Shown here: piece by piece, positions 9,677 through 18,255 of the stretch
Layout: each line of letters begins with the position of its first letter
Position numbering within the stretch: the stretch's first letter is position 1
Origin: a virus
Lineage: Duplodnaviria; Caudoviricetes
Virus record (IMG/VR): IMGVR_UViG_3300008740_000001
Span: 96,001 to 160,000 of that record
Length of the DNA stretch: 64,000 bases
Strand: one strand, 5' to 3'
The notes under the pieces: model-generated
Database searches by the model: none
Told to the model about the DNA's origin: nothing
What the model saw: the letters and a program-made list of their open reading frames with translations, nothing else
Translations under genes and position numbers: made by a program

Positions 9677-10478
9677 GAAACGCAACACAGCTATATTGTA
9701 TGAGGTCCTGACACAACAGCTTACTAAGGCAGTGATCGATAAAGATAAATCAAAAAAGCAGCGTATCGCCAGTGTGTTACGTTCGTTTTTCAGCACCGGC
9801 AAAATTATGAACCGTGAGTTGGAGCTATACAAAGCTTTATACGAGACTAGGGGTCTGGAAGAGGGCCTATGTATTCGGCTGGTTCAAGAAGTGGCCAAAG
9901 CTCACGCGGCACTTGATCAGAAAGAGATCTACAAAGAACAGTCAAAACTGATTGATGTGATTAATAAAGAAGTTTCGAAGTCAGCATTTCAGGCGTTTAT
10001 TCCAAATTATAAATGCCTAGCCAGTATTTCGCAAATGTTTAATCCTTCTGTGACAATCAAGAACAAGGTTTTATTAGAGAAGCAAATTGTAGACTATATG
10101 TCAGTGACCAAACTGGAAGACAAGAAAGATCTGGTGCCAATTGACAACATTGTTTATACTAAGTTTGTGGAGAAGTTTAATGACAAATACAGCGATCACT
10201 TGTTAGAAGAACAGAAGACGCTTCTTAGTAAATATATTTCTTCTTTTGCCGACAACGGTGTTGAGCTTAAGATCTATTTAAACGAGGAAATCGAAAGACT
10301 CAAGGAAGAGATGGCTTCCTGTATTACACTTAAAGAGTTCATCGACGATAGCCACATGCAAGAGAAGGCCAAAAAGGTTGTTGAGTTATTGGACTCCACA
10401 TCTACCCGGGCCGTCAACACGGCTTTAGTAGAAGACGTGGTGAAGATTCAGTCTTTGGTCAAGGAGATAAGGGACTGA
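9657..10478 (+). CDS. Conserved hypothetical head-module protein
   Basis: 273-aa helical ORF between portal and protease, begins KHNKKRNTAILYEVL. Confidence 0.7.
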   Translation: MKMKHNKKRNTAILYEVLTQQLTKAVIDKDKSKKQRIASVLRSFFSTGKIMNRELELYKALYETRGLEEGLCIRLVQEVAKAHAALDQKEIYKEQSKLIDVINKEVSKSAFQAFIPNYKCLASISQMFNPSVTIKNKVLLEKQIVDYMSVTKLEDKKDLVPIDNIVYTKFVEKFNDKYSDHLLEEQKTLLSKYISSFADNGVELKIYLNEEIERLKEEMASCITLKEFIDDSHMQEKAKKVVELLDSTSTRAVNTALVEDVVKIQSLVKEIRD

Positions 10479-11020
10479 TGGGCATTAAAATCAAAATTGG
10501 CAAGTCTAAAGTAACTGAGCCGGTTACTAGAAAGTTTGAATTAAAGATTAGAAAGTCGCTGGATGGCAACTTGATGATTTTTGATCATGCCGATATTGAT
10601 ATTGTAATCATGCCTTCCAAGAAAAAGATTCTTACACTTCCAAAAGAGATCATGACTGATGCTGTCTATGGTGCTCAAAATAGATTGATGGCACACCTGA
10701 GAAGAAAGGGTGTTATCGATGTAGCTTCTGTACAGGGCGGGAACGTGTATGGCTCAATAGAAGCGATCATTGCTGAAAGCGTTGATGGTTTAGATTCAGT
10801 AAAGATGGTTTTGTTAAACATTGATAAATTTATCGATGAAGAGCGCCCCTACTTCGACTTTGTTAAGGGCTACGAAGATGAGGCCTCTGACGTGTACACT
10901 GACCCAGATGATCTGCACTCTACCGACCTAGGAGATGTGAGCCATCACGATACGAAGGGATCTATCCGCCCGGGCTGGGTAAGAGATCCATACGGCCTAT
11001 CCCAACTTTACAAAATCTAG
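10478..11020 (+). CDS. Hypothetical protein
   Basis: 180-aa ORF translationally coupled (TGATG) to upstream gene. Confidence 0.7.
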   Translation: MGIKIKIGKSKVTEPVTRKFELKIRKSLDGNLMIFDHADIDIVIMPSKKKILTLPKEIMTDAVYGAQNRLMAHLRRKGVIDVASVQGGNVYGSIEAIIAESVDGLDSVKMVLLNIDKFIDEERPYFDFVKGYEDEASDVYTDPDDLHSTDLGDVSHHDTKGSIRPGWVRDPYGLSQLYKI

Positions 11021-11029
11021 AGGTGATGT

Positions 11030-11365
11030 TTGAGTATATTAGTGAATTTATTATGGTTTATCCTGTGTTCTTATGGGTTGACCCAGATACTTGTATACGG
11101 TTCTCTCTTTAACAGAATAAGACCCCGTAAGGAATGGCTTAAAGGCGCCGGCGAATTATTCCATTGTCCAATGTGCATGGGATTTTGGGTTGGTGCTTTT
11201 TTGTTTTGTATTTCTTCGCACACCGAACTATTTACATTTGAGCAGAATTTAGTAAACTTATTTATTTGTGGCTGGGTCTCTTCTGGCACATCATATATAA
11301 TGAATGTTTTGTTTTGCGACAACGGAATTCAACTAGGAGTTAACAATGGCAAAGACATGGACTAA
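11030..11365 (+). CDS. Small membrane protein (DUF1360-like, HCPMCMGFW motif)
   Basis: Hydrophobic segments plus CxxC-GFW motif; TTG start after GAGGTG. Confidence 0.6.
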   Translation: MSILVNLLWFILCSYGLTQILVYGSLFNRIRPRKEWLKGAGELFHCPMCMGFWVGAFLFCISSHTELFTFEQNLVNLFICGWVSSGTSYIMNVLFCDNGIQLGVNNGKDMD

Positions 11366-11411
11366 AAAGTGGCTACTTCAACCTGTTCGACGCTGCTGCA
11401 AGGGCTCTTAG
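11346..11411 (+). CDS. 21-codon small ORF MAKTWTKKWLLQPVRRCCKGS (missed by ORF track)
   Basis: Strong SD AGGAG at 11335-11339, ATG 11346, TAG 11409-11411; in frame with the protease ORF. Confidence 0.5.
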   Translation: MAKTWTKKWLLQPVRRCCKGS

Positions 11412-11444
11412 CTCACGCGGGTGGCGCCCGCGAAGGTATTAATT

Positions 11445-12044
11445 ATGAAGAAAGTGCTTTTACGAGAATATTATGAACTATGCGAAGGTGGCGTTTGCCA
11501 AGATCTCTTAACTGAAGAGGAAAAGAGGTATGTGGCAAACGGAGGCATGATTTTGTCTGGCGTTATGCAGAGATCTGACGCCCAAAATGGAAATGGCAGA
11601 ATTTATCCTCACAAGACCCTCCAGCGAGAAGTCGAAAATTACAATAAGCTTGTGCGAGAGTCCCGAGCCTTGGGTGAATTAGACCACCCTGAAGATTCCG
11701 TCATCAATCTTAAGAACGCTTCACACTTAGTCACTGACATCTGGTGGGACAATAAGGATGTGATGGGCAAAGTAAAAGTATTGAACACTCCGGCCGGTAA
11801 GGTTCTGCAAGAACTGGTTAACAGCGGAGTAAAGCTTGGGATATCCTCCAGAGGCCTAGGTTCAGTTTCCGAGTCCACCGGCGGCACAATTGTTGAAGAT
11901 GATTTTCAGTTGATTTGTTTTGATTTCGTCTCTGAGCCCTCAACCACAGGTGCTTTCATGGTGAAGGAGAACAAAGAGCCAAATATTTTCACCAAGGCCG
12001 ATAAGATAAATCGAATTTTAAATGATATTTTGAGAGACAAATGA
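11445..12044 (+). CDS. Prohead core protease (T4 gp21-like)
   Basis: NGRIYP, ALGELDHP, GISSRGLGS, FDFVSEPST motifs; ATG 11445 preferred over GTG 11421. Confidence 0.93.
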   Translation: MKKVLLREYYELCEGGVCQDLLTEEEKRYVANGGMILSGVMQRSDAQNGNGRIYPHKTLQREVENYNKLVRESRALGELDHPEDSVINLKNASHLVTDIWWDNKDVMGKVKVLNTPAGKVLQELVNSGVKLGISSRGLGSVSESTGGTIVEDDFQLICFDFVSEPSTTGAFMVKENKEPNIFTKADKINRILNDILRDK

Positions 12045-12484
12045 AAAAAGAAGAATTAAAGGCAGCCCTAAAACCGCTAATCAAAGAGTGCATCAAGGAG
12101 GTGATGTTTGAAGACGATGTGTTGTCTTCCGTGATTAAGGAAGTCATTAAAGGCACGTCTTCTGCACAAGTGGTAACAGAGGTAAAGACGGAACAAAAGC
12201 CTGCACCGGCGCCCGAGAGGTTCGGTGCAGGCCGTCCCGATCCTGCAAAAGCTCTAGCAGAGAGAAAGAGTAAACTTCTTGGAGCAATCGGCTCGGAAGC
12301 GTTCAATGGGATTGATATTTTTGAAGGTACCGCCCCACTGAGCAAAGGAGCAGAAAGTTCAGATGGCCCACATATCCCAAGCGTGCTGGGGGACGATCCT
12401 GCAGACTCGGGAGTCGATATCACCGGACTGTTCTCTTCTGCTGGCCATACTTGGAAAACAATATCTAGTGGGATGAAGAAGTAA
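12041..12484 (+). CDS. Hypothetical head-module protein
   Basis: 147-aa ORF overlapping protease stop (ATGA); N-terminal LKPLIKECIKEVM amphipathic motif. Confidence 0.7.
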   Translation: MKKEELKAALKPLIKECIKEVMFEDDVLSSVIKEVIKGTSSAQVVTEVKTEQKPAPAPERFGAGRPDPAKALAERKSKLLGAIGSEAFNGIDIFEGTAPLSKGAESSDGPHIPSVLGDDPADSGVDITGLFSSAGHTWKTISSGMKK

Positions 12485-12724
12485 ATGGCAGCAGTAAACG
12501 TATCGGTAAGGGCCCGTGGTAGAGAACCGGCCGAAAAATTAATTCGACGGTTTATTAGAAAGTGTAAGAAAGAGAAAATTGTTGAGAGATATCGAGAGCG
12601 ACACGATCACTACGTCAAGCCCTCGGAAAAGAGAAGAATAAAGAGGAGAAAAGCGAAACGTCTTCGTGAATTAGACGAGCTTAAACGCTCAAAAATCAGG
12701 AAGCGTTCTAAATACAATAGGTAA
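12485..12724 (+). CDS. rpsU: Phage-encoded ribosomal protein bS21
   Basis: V.V..R..EP.EKLIRRF.RKC.K..I....R....YVKPSEKRR pattern of bS21; 79 aa, very basic. Confidence 0.85.
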   Translation: MAAVNVSVRARGREPAEKLIRRFIRKCKKEKIVERYRERHDHYVKPSEKRRIKRRKAKRLRELDELKRSKIRKRSKYNR

Positions 12725-12758
12725 ATGTTTGTAGATTTGGATTACTTCTAAATCGCAG

Positions 12759-12768
12759 ACTATTTATA
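12759..12768 (+). promoter_or_regulatory. Putative late-promoter motif ACTATTTATA (representative copy)
   Basis: Recurs as ACTA(T/C/A)TTA at 5516, 5533, 18149, 20770, 23336, 26438, 26740, 29474, 34387 and 61027, with a GCTA variant at 6092, each upstream of a virion-module or leader-family gene. Confidence 0.7.
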
Positions 12769-12802
12769 AAAAGCAACGTATTGCAATCGTAGGAGTTAGA
12801 AA

Positions 12803-13210
12803 ATGTCATATGATCAATCACAGCCATATACAGTAGGGCTGCACAATGTAGGTTCGTATCAGGTCTCGGCAGTACCGTATATAACGGGCTCGGCTACATT
12901 GGCTGCGAACAGCGAGCATAAACTTGAATTCCCAAATGTGACCAGATCTGTGACGGTCGTAAATCATAGTTCAGAGACCATCCGCATACACTTTGTCTCT
13001 AAAGACGAGGGAAACGTGATGGGCGGGTATCATTACGTCGAACTTGATAGCGACGAGGATTCGTACACATTCAATGTGAAGTGTAATGTAATTTATGTTT
13101 CAACACCTTCTGGTAACTCAGGAGCGGCGGAATATAGAGTAATCGCAGAGTTGACCAATATTGCCCGCCACCGCATGTATGCCCTGACCGGTTCAGGAAT
13201 TTCAGAATAA
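12803..13210 (+). CDS. Small virion structural protein (hypothetical)
   Basis: 135 aa beta-rich ORF, GLHNVGSYQVS motif; preceded by ACTATTTATA and AGGAG. Confidence 0.6.
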   Translation: MSYDQSQPYTVGLHNVGSYQVSAVPYITGSATLAANSEHKLEFPNVTRSVTVVNHSSETIRIHFVSKDEGNVMGGYHYVELDSDEDSYTFNVKCNVIYVSTPSGNSGAAEYRVIAELTNIARHRMYALTGSGISE

Positions 13211-13222
13211 AGGAGAGTTAAA

Positions 13223-16006
13223 ATGGGTTTTGGAGGAGGCTTTAAGGGCGGCGAAGGAGATCTTGGTAGCGACCTTAAAATTAATGACGGTACCATAAAG
13301 ATTAAGGAGCAAGCTAGCGCCGAAAGCGATAGTACCGCGTATGGTCAAATTTGGGTAAAATCAAATGCCCCATGTGATTTATATTTCACGGATGATACGG
13401 GCCAAGATATTCGAATCACCAACGATGGTAGTCTTGCGGCTGCAGGTTCGGCATCTGCCGTCAAGGCCGACGATATTGAGGACGGAGACGCCGCCGTTAC
13501 CCTGCAGGCCGAGTCTGGCAATAATGTTACGGTCAATGCCACAGCCGCACAACTACAGTTAAAGACTACAACTTCCGGCGAACTAGATATTACATCAGCC
13601 GGCACACTTGATATTAACGCAGTCGCCGTAGATCTCGACGGATCCGGGGCTGTCACTATAGATACCAGCGACACTACAAATGGCGTCAAGATTGGCGCAT
13701 CAACGTCTGGCATGCCGATCACTCTCGGCCATGGTACTTCCGAAACCACGGTTGGAGACAATCTGGTAGTTACGGGAGATCTTAAACTCACCGGAAACGT
13801 TATTAAGGCGTCAGACGGCGGAAGCACTATTACATTAGATACTTCTGACAATGTTACGATTGCTGGTGATTTACAGATTGATGGGAACAACATCAAAGAT
13901 GCCGGCGGAAACCAAGGAATTACATTTGATGGAAGTGGACACACAACTATCGATGGAAACCTGACAGTAACCGGAAACGTCATTAAGGCTTCAGACGGCG
14001 GAAGCACCATTACAATGGACACGTCTGACAACGTTACAGTTGCGGGCACTCTTACCTGCTCGACAAGCCTAACTATCGGATCCGCAGCAATGAGCGAGGC
14101 AGATCTTGAACAGCTTGACGGTATCACTGCCGGCACTGCTGCTGCTAGCAAGGCCGTCGTATTAGACGGAAGCAAGAACATCGCTACCATCGGAACAGTT
14201 GGCTGTGGAGCTATCACTTCTACTGGCGCCTCATCTATGGGGAGTCTATCTGTTGCCGGCGCCCTCGATTGCGACACCAGCTTCACGCTTGATTCAGTAG
14301 CAATTAACGCAACAGAGCTTGGTTACATCGACGGCGTAACTGCTGGAACCGCCACTGCTTCCAAAGCTGTGGTTCTTGATTCCAACAAAGATATTGGCAC
14401 TATTCGAAACTTGACTATTGATGGGACGCTTTCAGACGGAAACTATACTTTCGATACAAGCGGGAATGTAAGTGGCCTCGGCACAGTCGGCTCAGGGGCT
14501 ATCACTTCTAGTGGCATAATCAAGACAGATGATACAACTGACGCGACTAGCAAGACTGATGGTTCACTTCAAACTGATGGTGGCTTAAGCGTTGCCAAGG
14601 CAATTTATAACGGAACAGCAGCTACGCTAGCCGCAGATTCCGGCGTTGTGACAATGGGCTCCACTACTGCAGCCACTGTTTCAGCCGCCGGCATCTTGAA
14701 TGTCAACAATACAACAGAAGCAACTTCGGCAACGGATGGTTCACTTCAAACTGATGGCGGACTTTCGGTTGTAAAGAGCGCCGTAATCGGAGACGACTTA
14801 GATCTCTTATCTGATGGCGCCATTCTTAACATCGGAAGTACTTCCAAGTTTACTGTAACAGATCAGGGCGCCAACAATTGCGTAATGGCCACTTCGGGTC
14901 ACAGACTAGCCTTTGGTCATGCTGATGAATATGTTAGCGGCGATGGCACCGATCTTACAATTAACAGTAGTGGAGAAATCAATCTTGACGCAACAACCGT
15001 GGATCTGAACGGGGCCCTCGATGTTTCAGGCGCCTCACAGTTTGGCAGCACCATTACGGTCGGAGTCGATGGCACTGGCTATGATGTGAAGTTCTTTGGA
15101 GCCACGTCCAGCGCGTACATGCTTTGGGACGAAGACGAAGACGATCTTGTCTTGGCCGGCGCAGCCCGGGCAGTTGTCCCAGATGGACAATTGGTTCTTG
15201 GTTCGACGGCAGTTTCTTCTACGGCCGCTGAGTTGAACAAGCTCGACGGTGCAGACAGTAACGTTACGGCAGCCAAGCTCAGTACGCTTTCTGCATTAAG
15301 CGATACAGAGATTGGTTACATCGATGGTTCGGGTACATCAGTTGTGGCCTCTAAAGCAGTTGTCGCAGATAGCAACAGAGATGTTGCCACGCTTCGAAAT
15401 CTTACCATTGATGGAACACTTTCAGATGGAAACTATACTTTTGATACCAGCGGTAACGTCAGTGGCCTAGGGACGGTTGGCTGCGGTGCTATCACTACAA
15501 CTGGTAACTTTACTGGTTCAGGCGCCCTAACTTCATTTGGTTCAGGCCTACACAGGATTACGGTCGATCAAGATATTCGTTACGCCGATACGGCTGACGC
15601 GTCAGTGGTGGTAGAACTATCCGGCGTTAAAATCCCAGCAAACGCAATTATTACGCGAGTCGTCGCAGTAGTAAAGACGATATCAAATCTGGGCTCAGCC
15701 GATTCAGGCGCCCACAAAGTAAACATCCAAATGTCCGCTACCAGTGGCACAAGTGCAGATGCAGCGATTTCCACTGGAACAGAACTTCTGGGCGGCGGTG
15801 TTTCCAACACAATTAGTAGTGACGGCGCCGCAGAGGATGTTGATATGACTTCGCTTGCTGATGTTTGGATGTGTAACGATATTGTCAAAAACGGAACTTC
15901 GGATCAGTATCTCTATATTTGCAACGGCGGCGACGTTGACAATGGAACCACCGACCCGTCTGCTGGCACCTTAACCGTTATTGTTGAATATTATGGTATG
16001 GACTAG
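13223..16006 (+). CDS. Fibre-like structural protein with internal repeats
   Basis: 927 aa, G/T/S/D/A-rich; duplicated segments GNVIKASDGGSTIT, DGTLSDGNYTFDTSGNVSGLGTVG, DGSLQTDGGLSV. Confidence 0.7.
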   Translation: MGFGGGFKGGEGDLGSDLKINDGTIKIKEQASAESDSTAYGQIWVKSNAPCDLYFTDDTGQDIRITNDGSLAAAGSASAVKADDIEDGDAAVTLQAESGNNVTVNATAAQLQLKTTTSGELDITSAGTLDINAVAVDLDGSGAVTIDTSDTTNGVKIGASTSGMPITLGHGTSETTVGDNLVVTGDLKLTGNVIKASDGGSTITLDTSDNVTIAGDLQIDGNNIKDAGGNQGITFDGSGHTTIDGNLTVTGNVIKASDGGSTITMDTSDNVTVAGTLTCSTSLTIGSAAMSEADLEQLDGITAGTAAASKAVVLDGSKNIATIGTVGCGAITSTGASSMGSLSVAGALDCDTSFTLDSVAINATELGYIDGVTAGTATASKAVVLDSNKDIGTIRNLTIDGTLSDGNYTFDTSGNVSGLGTVGSGAITSSGIIKTDDTTDATSKTDGSLQTDGGLSVAKAIYNGTAATLAADSGVVTMGSTTAATVSAAGILNVNNTTEATSATDGSLQTDGGLSVVKSAVIGDDLDLLSDGAILNIGSTSKFTVTDQGANNCVMATSGHRLAFGHADEYVSGDGTDLTINSSGEINLDATTVDLNGALDVSGASQFGSTITVGVDGTGYDVKFFGATSSAYMLWDEDEDDLVLAGAARAVVPDGQLVLGSTAVSSTAAELNKLDGADSNVTAAKLSTLSALSDTEIGYIDGSGTSVVASKAVVADSNRDVATLRNLTIDGTLSDGNYTFDTSGNVSGLGTVGCGAITTTGNFTGSGALTSFGSGLHRITVDQDIRYADTADASVVVELSGVKIPANAIITRVVAVVKTISNLGSADSGAHKVNIQMSATSGTSADAAISTGTELLGGGVSNTISSDGAAEDVDMTSLADVWMCNDIVKNGTSDQYLYICNGGDVDNGTTDPSAGTLTVIVEYYGMD
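14403..15495 (+). repeat. Intragenic direct repeats in the 927-aa fibre gene
   Basis: About 100-nt imperfect repeat at 14403 and 15393; also 13790 vs 13970 (180 nt apart) and an identical 23-mer at 14558 and 14735. Confidence 0.8.
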
Positions 16007-16024
16007 GAACAAGGGGAGTGTTGA

Positions 16025-16885
16025 ATGAGTTTTGGATGGGCATATGTAGGATGCGAAGACATAGCGGTTACAAGTCTACTTGGACCCTCCGGGTCCATTC
16101 TTGTCAGAACGGACACGTTTGTCCTCTCCGGTTCGCAGAATTATAAGCTCCTTCAAGAAGAGCCCGGCGAAGATGGCGAAACTCATAGTCACGCCTTATT
16201 ATTAACTGGCTCGTTCAAACAGCTAGGCAATGTTCATCGACTCGGATCCACACATATCACTGGAGCCCTAGGAGTCTCTGGCGATGTGACCGTGCAAGGA
16301 AACATCCATGCGAACTCATATAATGTCGTTAATACATCGATTACCGAAATAGAAGCTGCCGGTTCAAGTAACCTAGGCGACTCATTCGGGGATCTCCACA
16401 CTATAACTGGCTCTCTGGTTGTTGCTGGTCTCGGCACCCAGCGCCCCTCGTTGGTTGTAACGGGCTCTACACTGGGTGACAATGTACCGAGCACAGCTCT
16501 CCAAACTGCTTTTGTTGGTGTCGCGACAAACAGGCCCCCGACAATGTTGGCAGTCAGCGGCAGTTACTCAGTAAACTATGACAAGCTACCAACTAACTGC
16601 TTAGCGGCCACTTTGACGTTAACCAGTTCAATTGTGGGCGTAAACGCAAATTTGGCCGTAGCAGTCACCTTACCTCCAGCTACATCGACTCCCGGCCGGA
16701 TGGTTATTATCAAAGACGAAGCCGGTACCCAGCCGCGCACCACTAGCAACAAGATATCCGTTTTACCCGGCACTTCCAACGGAGTTGCCGACACTATTGA
16801 CGATCAATCTGCATACTACATTATGGGCTCTAGAGCAGCCTTATCGCTCTATTCAGACGGCATCAGTAAATGGTTCGTGTTCTAA
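16025..16885 (+). CDS. Fibre/decoration protein, shared C-terminal module
   Basis: TGS/SGS repeats; C-terminal TLP..G..IIKDE.G..ID..SDG..W module. Confidence 0.65.
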   Translation: MSFGWAYVGCEDIAVTSLLGPSGSILVRTDTFVLSGSQNYKLLQEEPGEDGETHSHALLLTGSFKQLGNVHRLGSTHITGALGVSGDVTVQGNIHANSYNVVNTSITEIEAAGSSNLGDSFGDLHTITGSLVVAGLGTQRPSLVVTGSTLGDNVPSTALQTAFVGVATNRPPTMLAVSGSYSVNYDKLPTNCLAATLTLTSSIVGVNANLAVAVTLPPATSTPGRMVIIKDEAGTQPRTTSNKISVLPGTSNGVADTIDDQSAYYIMGSRAALSLYSDGISKWFVF

Positions 16886-16908
16886 GCCATGCGTGGAGGG
16901 CACGATAG

Positions 16909-18063
16909 ATGGGATACAATGTATTATCAGGTTCAATTACTTCATACGGCTCAATCCAGATCACTGGCTCATTCAAAGCCATGGGTACGGGAGATCAGGG
17001 ATTCGTCGGAGACGGTTCTTTACTGACGGGTCTGCCCCATACAGAAGTATATTCAATTACAAATGCCAGTACTGATCGTCTCATAACAACGAATGACGGC
17101 AGCGGGAATTCATTCAACGCCGAAGATGGTTTGACATATAGTAGTGCTACGCGCACACTGACTGTAAAAGGTCTCGATGACGTACATGATACAACGATAA
17201 CAGTTGATATTACAGGTTCAAACAAATCTCAACTTCTACACGTAAGATCTAACGCAAACTCAAATATTCTGTTTGTAACGGGTTCTGGCAAAGTTGGTGT
17301 CGGCACCGGTACCCCAATCGCAACACTTGATGTAGCCGGAAAGATAGCGATCTCTGCGGAGAGTAATACTCCTGCTCAGCCGGCCGATGGGAAAGGGTTT
17401 CTATATAGCAAGTCAGACGGCAAACTGTATTGGCGTTCATATGATGTTACGGAAGTCGATTTGACCAGCGGTACTACACCGACTTTTAAGACGCTTGCTG
17501 TGTCGGGACAAGACGATGTAGTGGCCGATAGTACGACCGACACTCTGACTTTGGTTGCAGGAAGCAACATGACAATTACTACAGATGCCGCCGGCGACTC
17601 GATTACTTTTACATCCACCGGAGGAGGTGGCGGAGGCGGCTCTGGCATTTTTACAGAAGTAGACGGTTCAAACGCTTATGTTACTAGCAGTTTGAAGCTC
17701 GGCGGTACCGGCGCGACTAGCCACCAGTTGGCCGTTGTTGGTAGCACTTTACTCCTCGGCGGCATGGTACATAAGAGAGTAAGCAAGACCGCTGATTATA
17801 CGATCACTACGGGAGATTACTATATCGGTGTCGATACGACAGGCGGAACGTTTACGCTAACTTTGCCAGTTGCGAACAATACAGCGGAAGGTCAAACGTT
17901 TATTGTAAAAGATGAAGGAGGCGCCTCGAATACAAATGCTGTGGTGATCCATACTTCTGGCGATGCTGACAAAATTGATGGCGGTGATTCAGTGGTTTTG
18001 GAGTCTCCATACGCCGCTATAGCTATATACAGCGACGGTACATCGCGTTATTATGTGTACTAG
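16909..18063 (+). CDS. Fibre/decoration protein, shared C-terminal module
   Basis: GDGSLLTGL, VGVGT.TP.ATLDV fibre motifs, poly-Gly hinge, C-terminal TLP...KDEGG...KIDGGDSVVLESPYAA module. Confidence 0.65.
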   Translation: MGYNVLSGSITSYGSIQITGSFKAMGTGDQGFVGDGSLLTGLPHTEVYSITNASTDRLITTNDGSGNSFNAEDGLTYSSATRTLTVKGLDDVHDTTITVDITGSNKSQLLHVRSNANSNILFVTGSGKVGVGTGTPIATLDVAGKIAISAESNTPAQPADGKGFLYSKSDGKLYWRSYDVTEVDLTSGTTPTFKTLAVSGQDDVVADSTTDTLTLVAGSNMTITTDAAGDSITFTSTGGGGGGGSGIFTEVDGSNAYVTSSLKLGGTGATSHQLAVVGSTLLLGGMVHKRVSKTADYTITTGDYYIGVDTTGGTFTLTLPVANNTAEGQTFIVKDEGGASNTNAVVIHTSGDADKIDGGDSVVLESPYAAIAIYSDGTSRYYVY

Positions 18064-18255
18064 TTTTTACAATAGTAGTTCGCTCTTTTAAAAAAAGCCA
18101 TTTTTTTTTCATTTTTTTTGTTTTTTTATTGTGACTAGCCTTTGGACGACTACTTAGAGGTGCTCGTCTGACCGTAATATCATGGCGCTTGCCGTGGTAT
18201 ATAAACAATCTTTTTTATAAAAGAGCTATTAAATCACATATGGAGGGATTAAAAA

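Noticed and set aside
11421-11444. GTG 11421 as protease start
   Set aside because: It lies inside the GC hairpin and has no SD; ATG 11445 is preferred.
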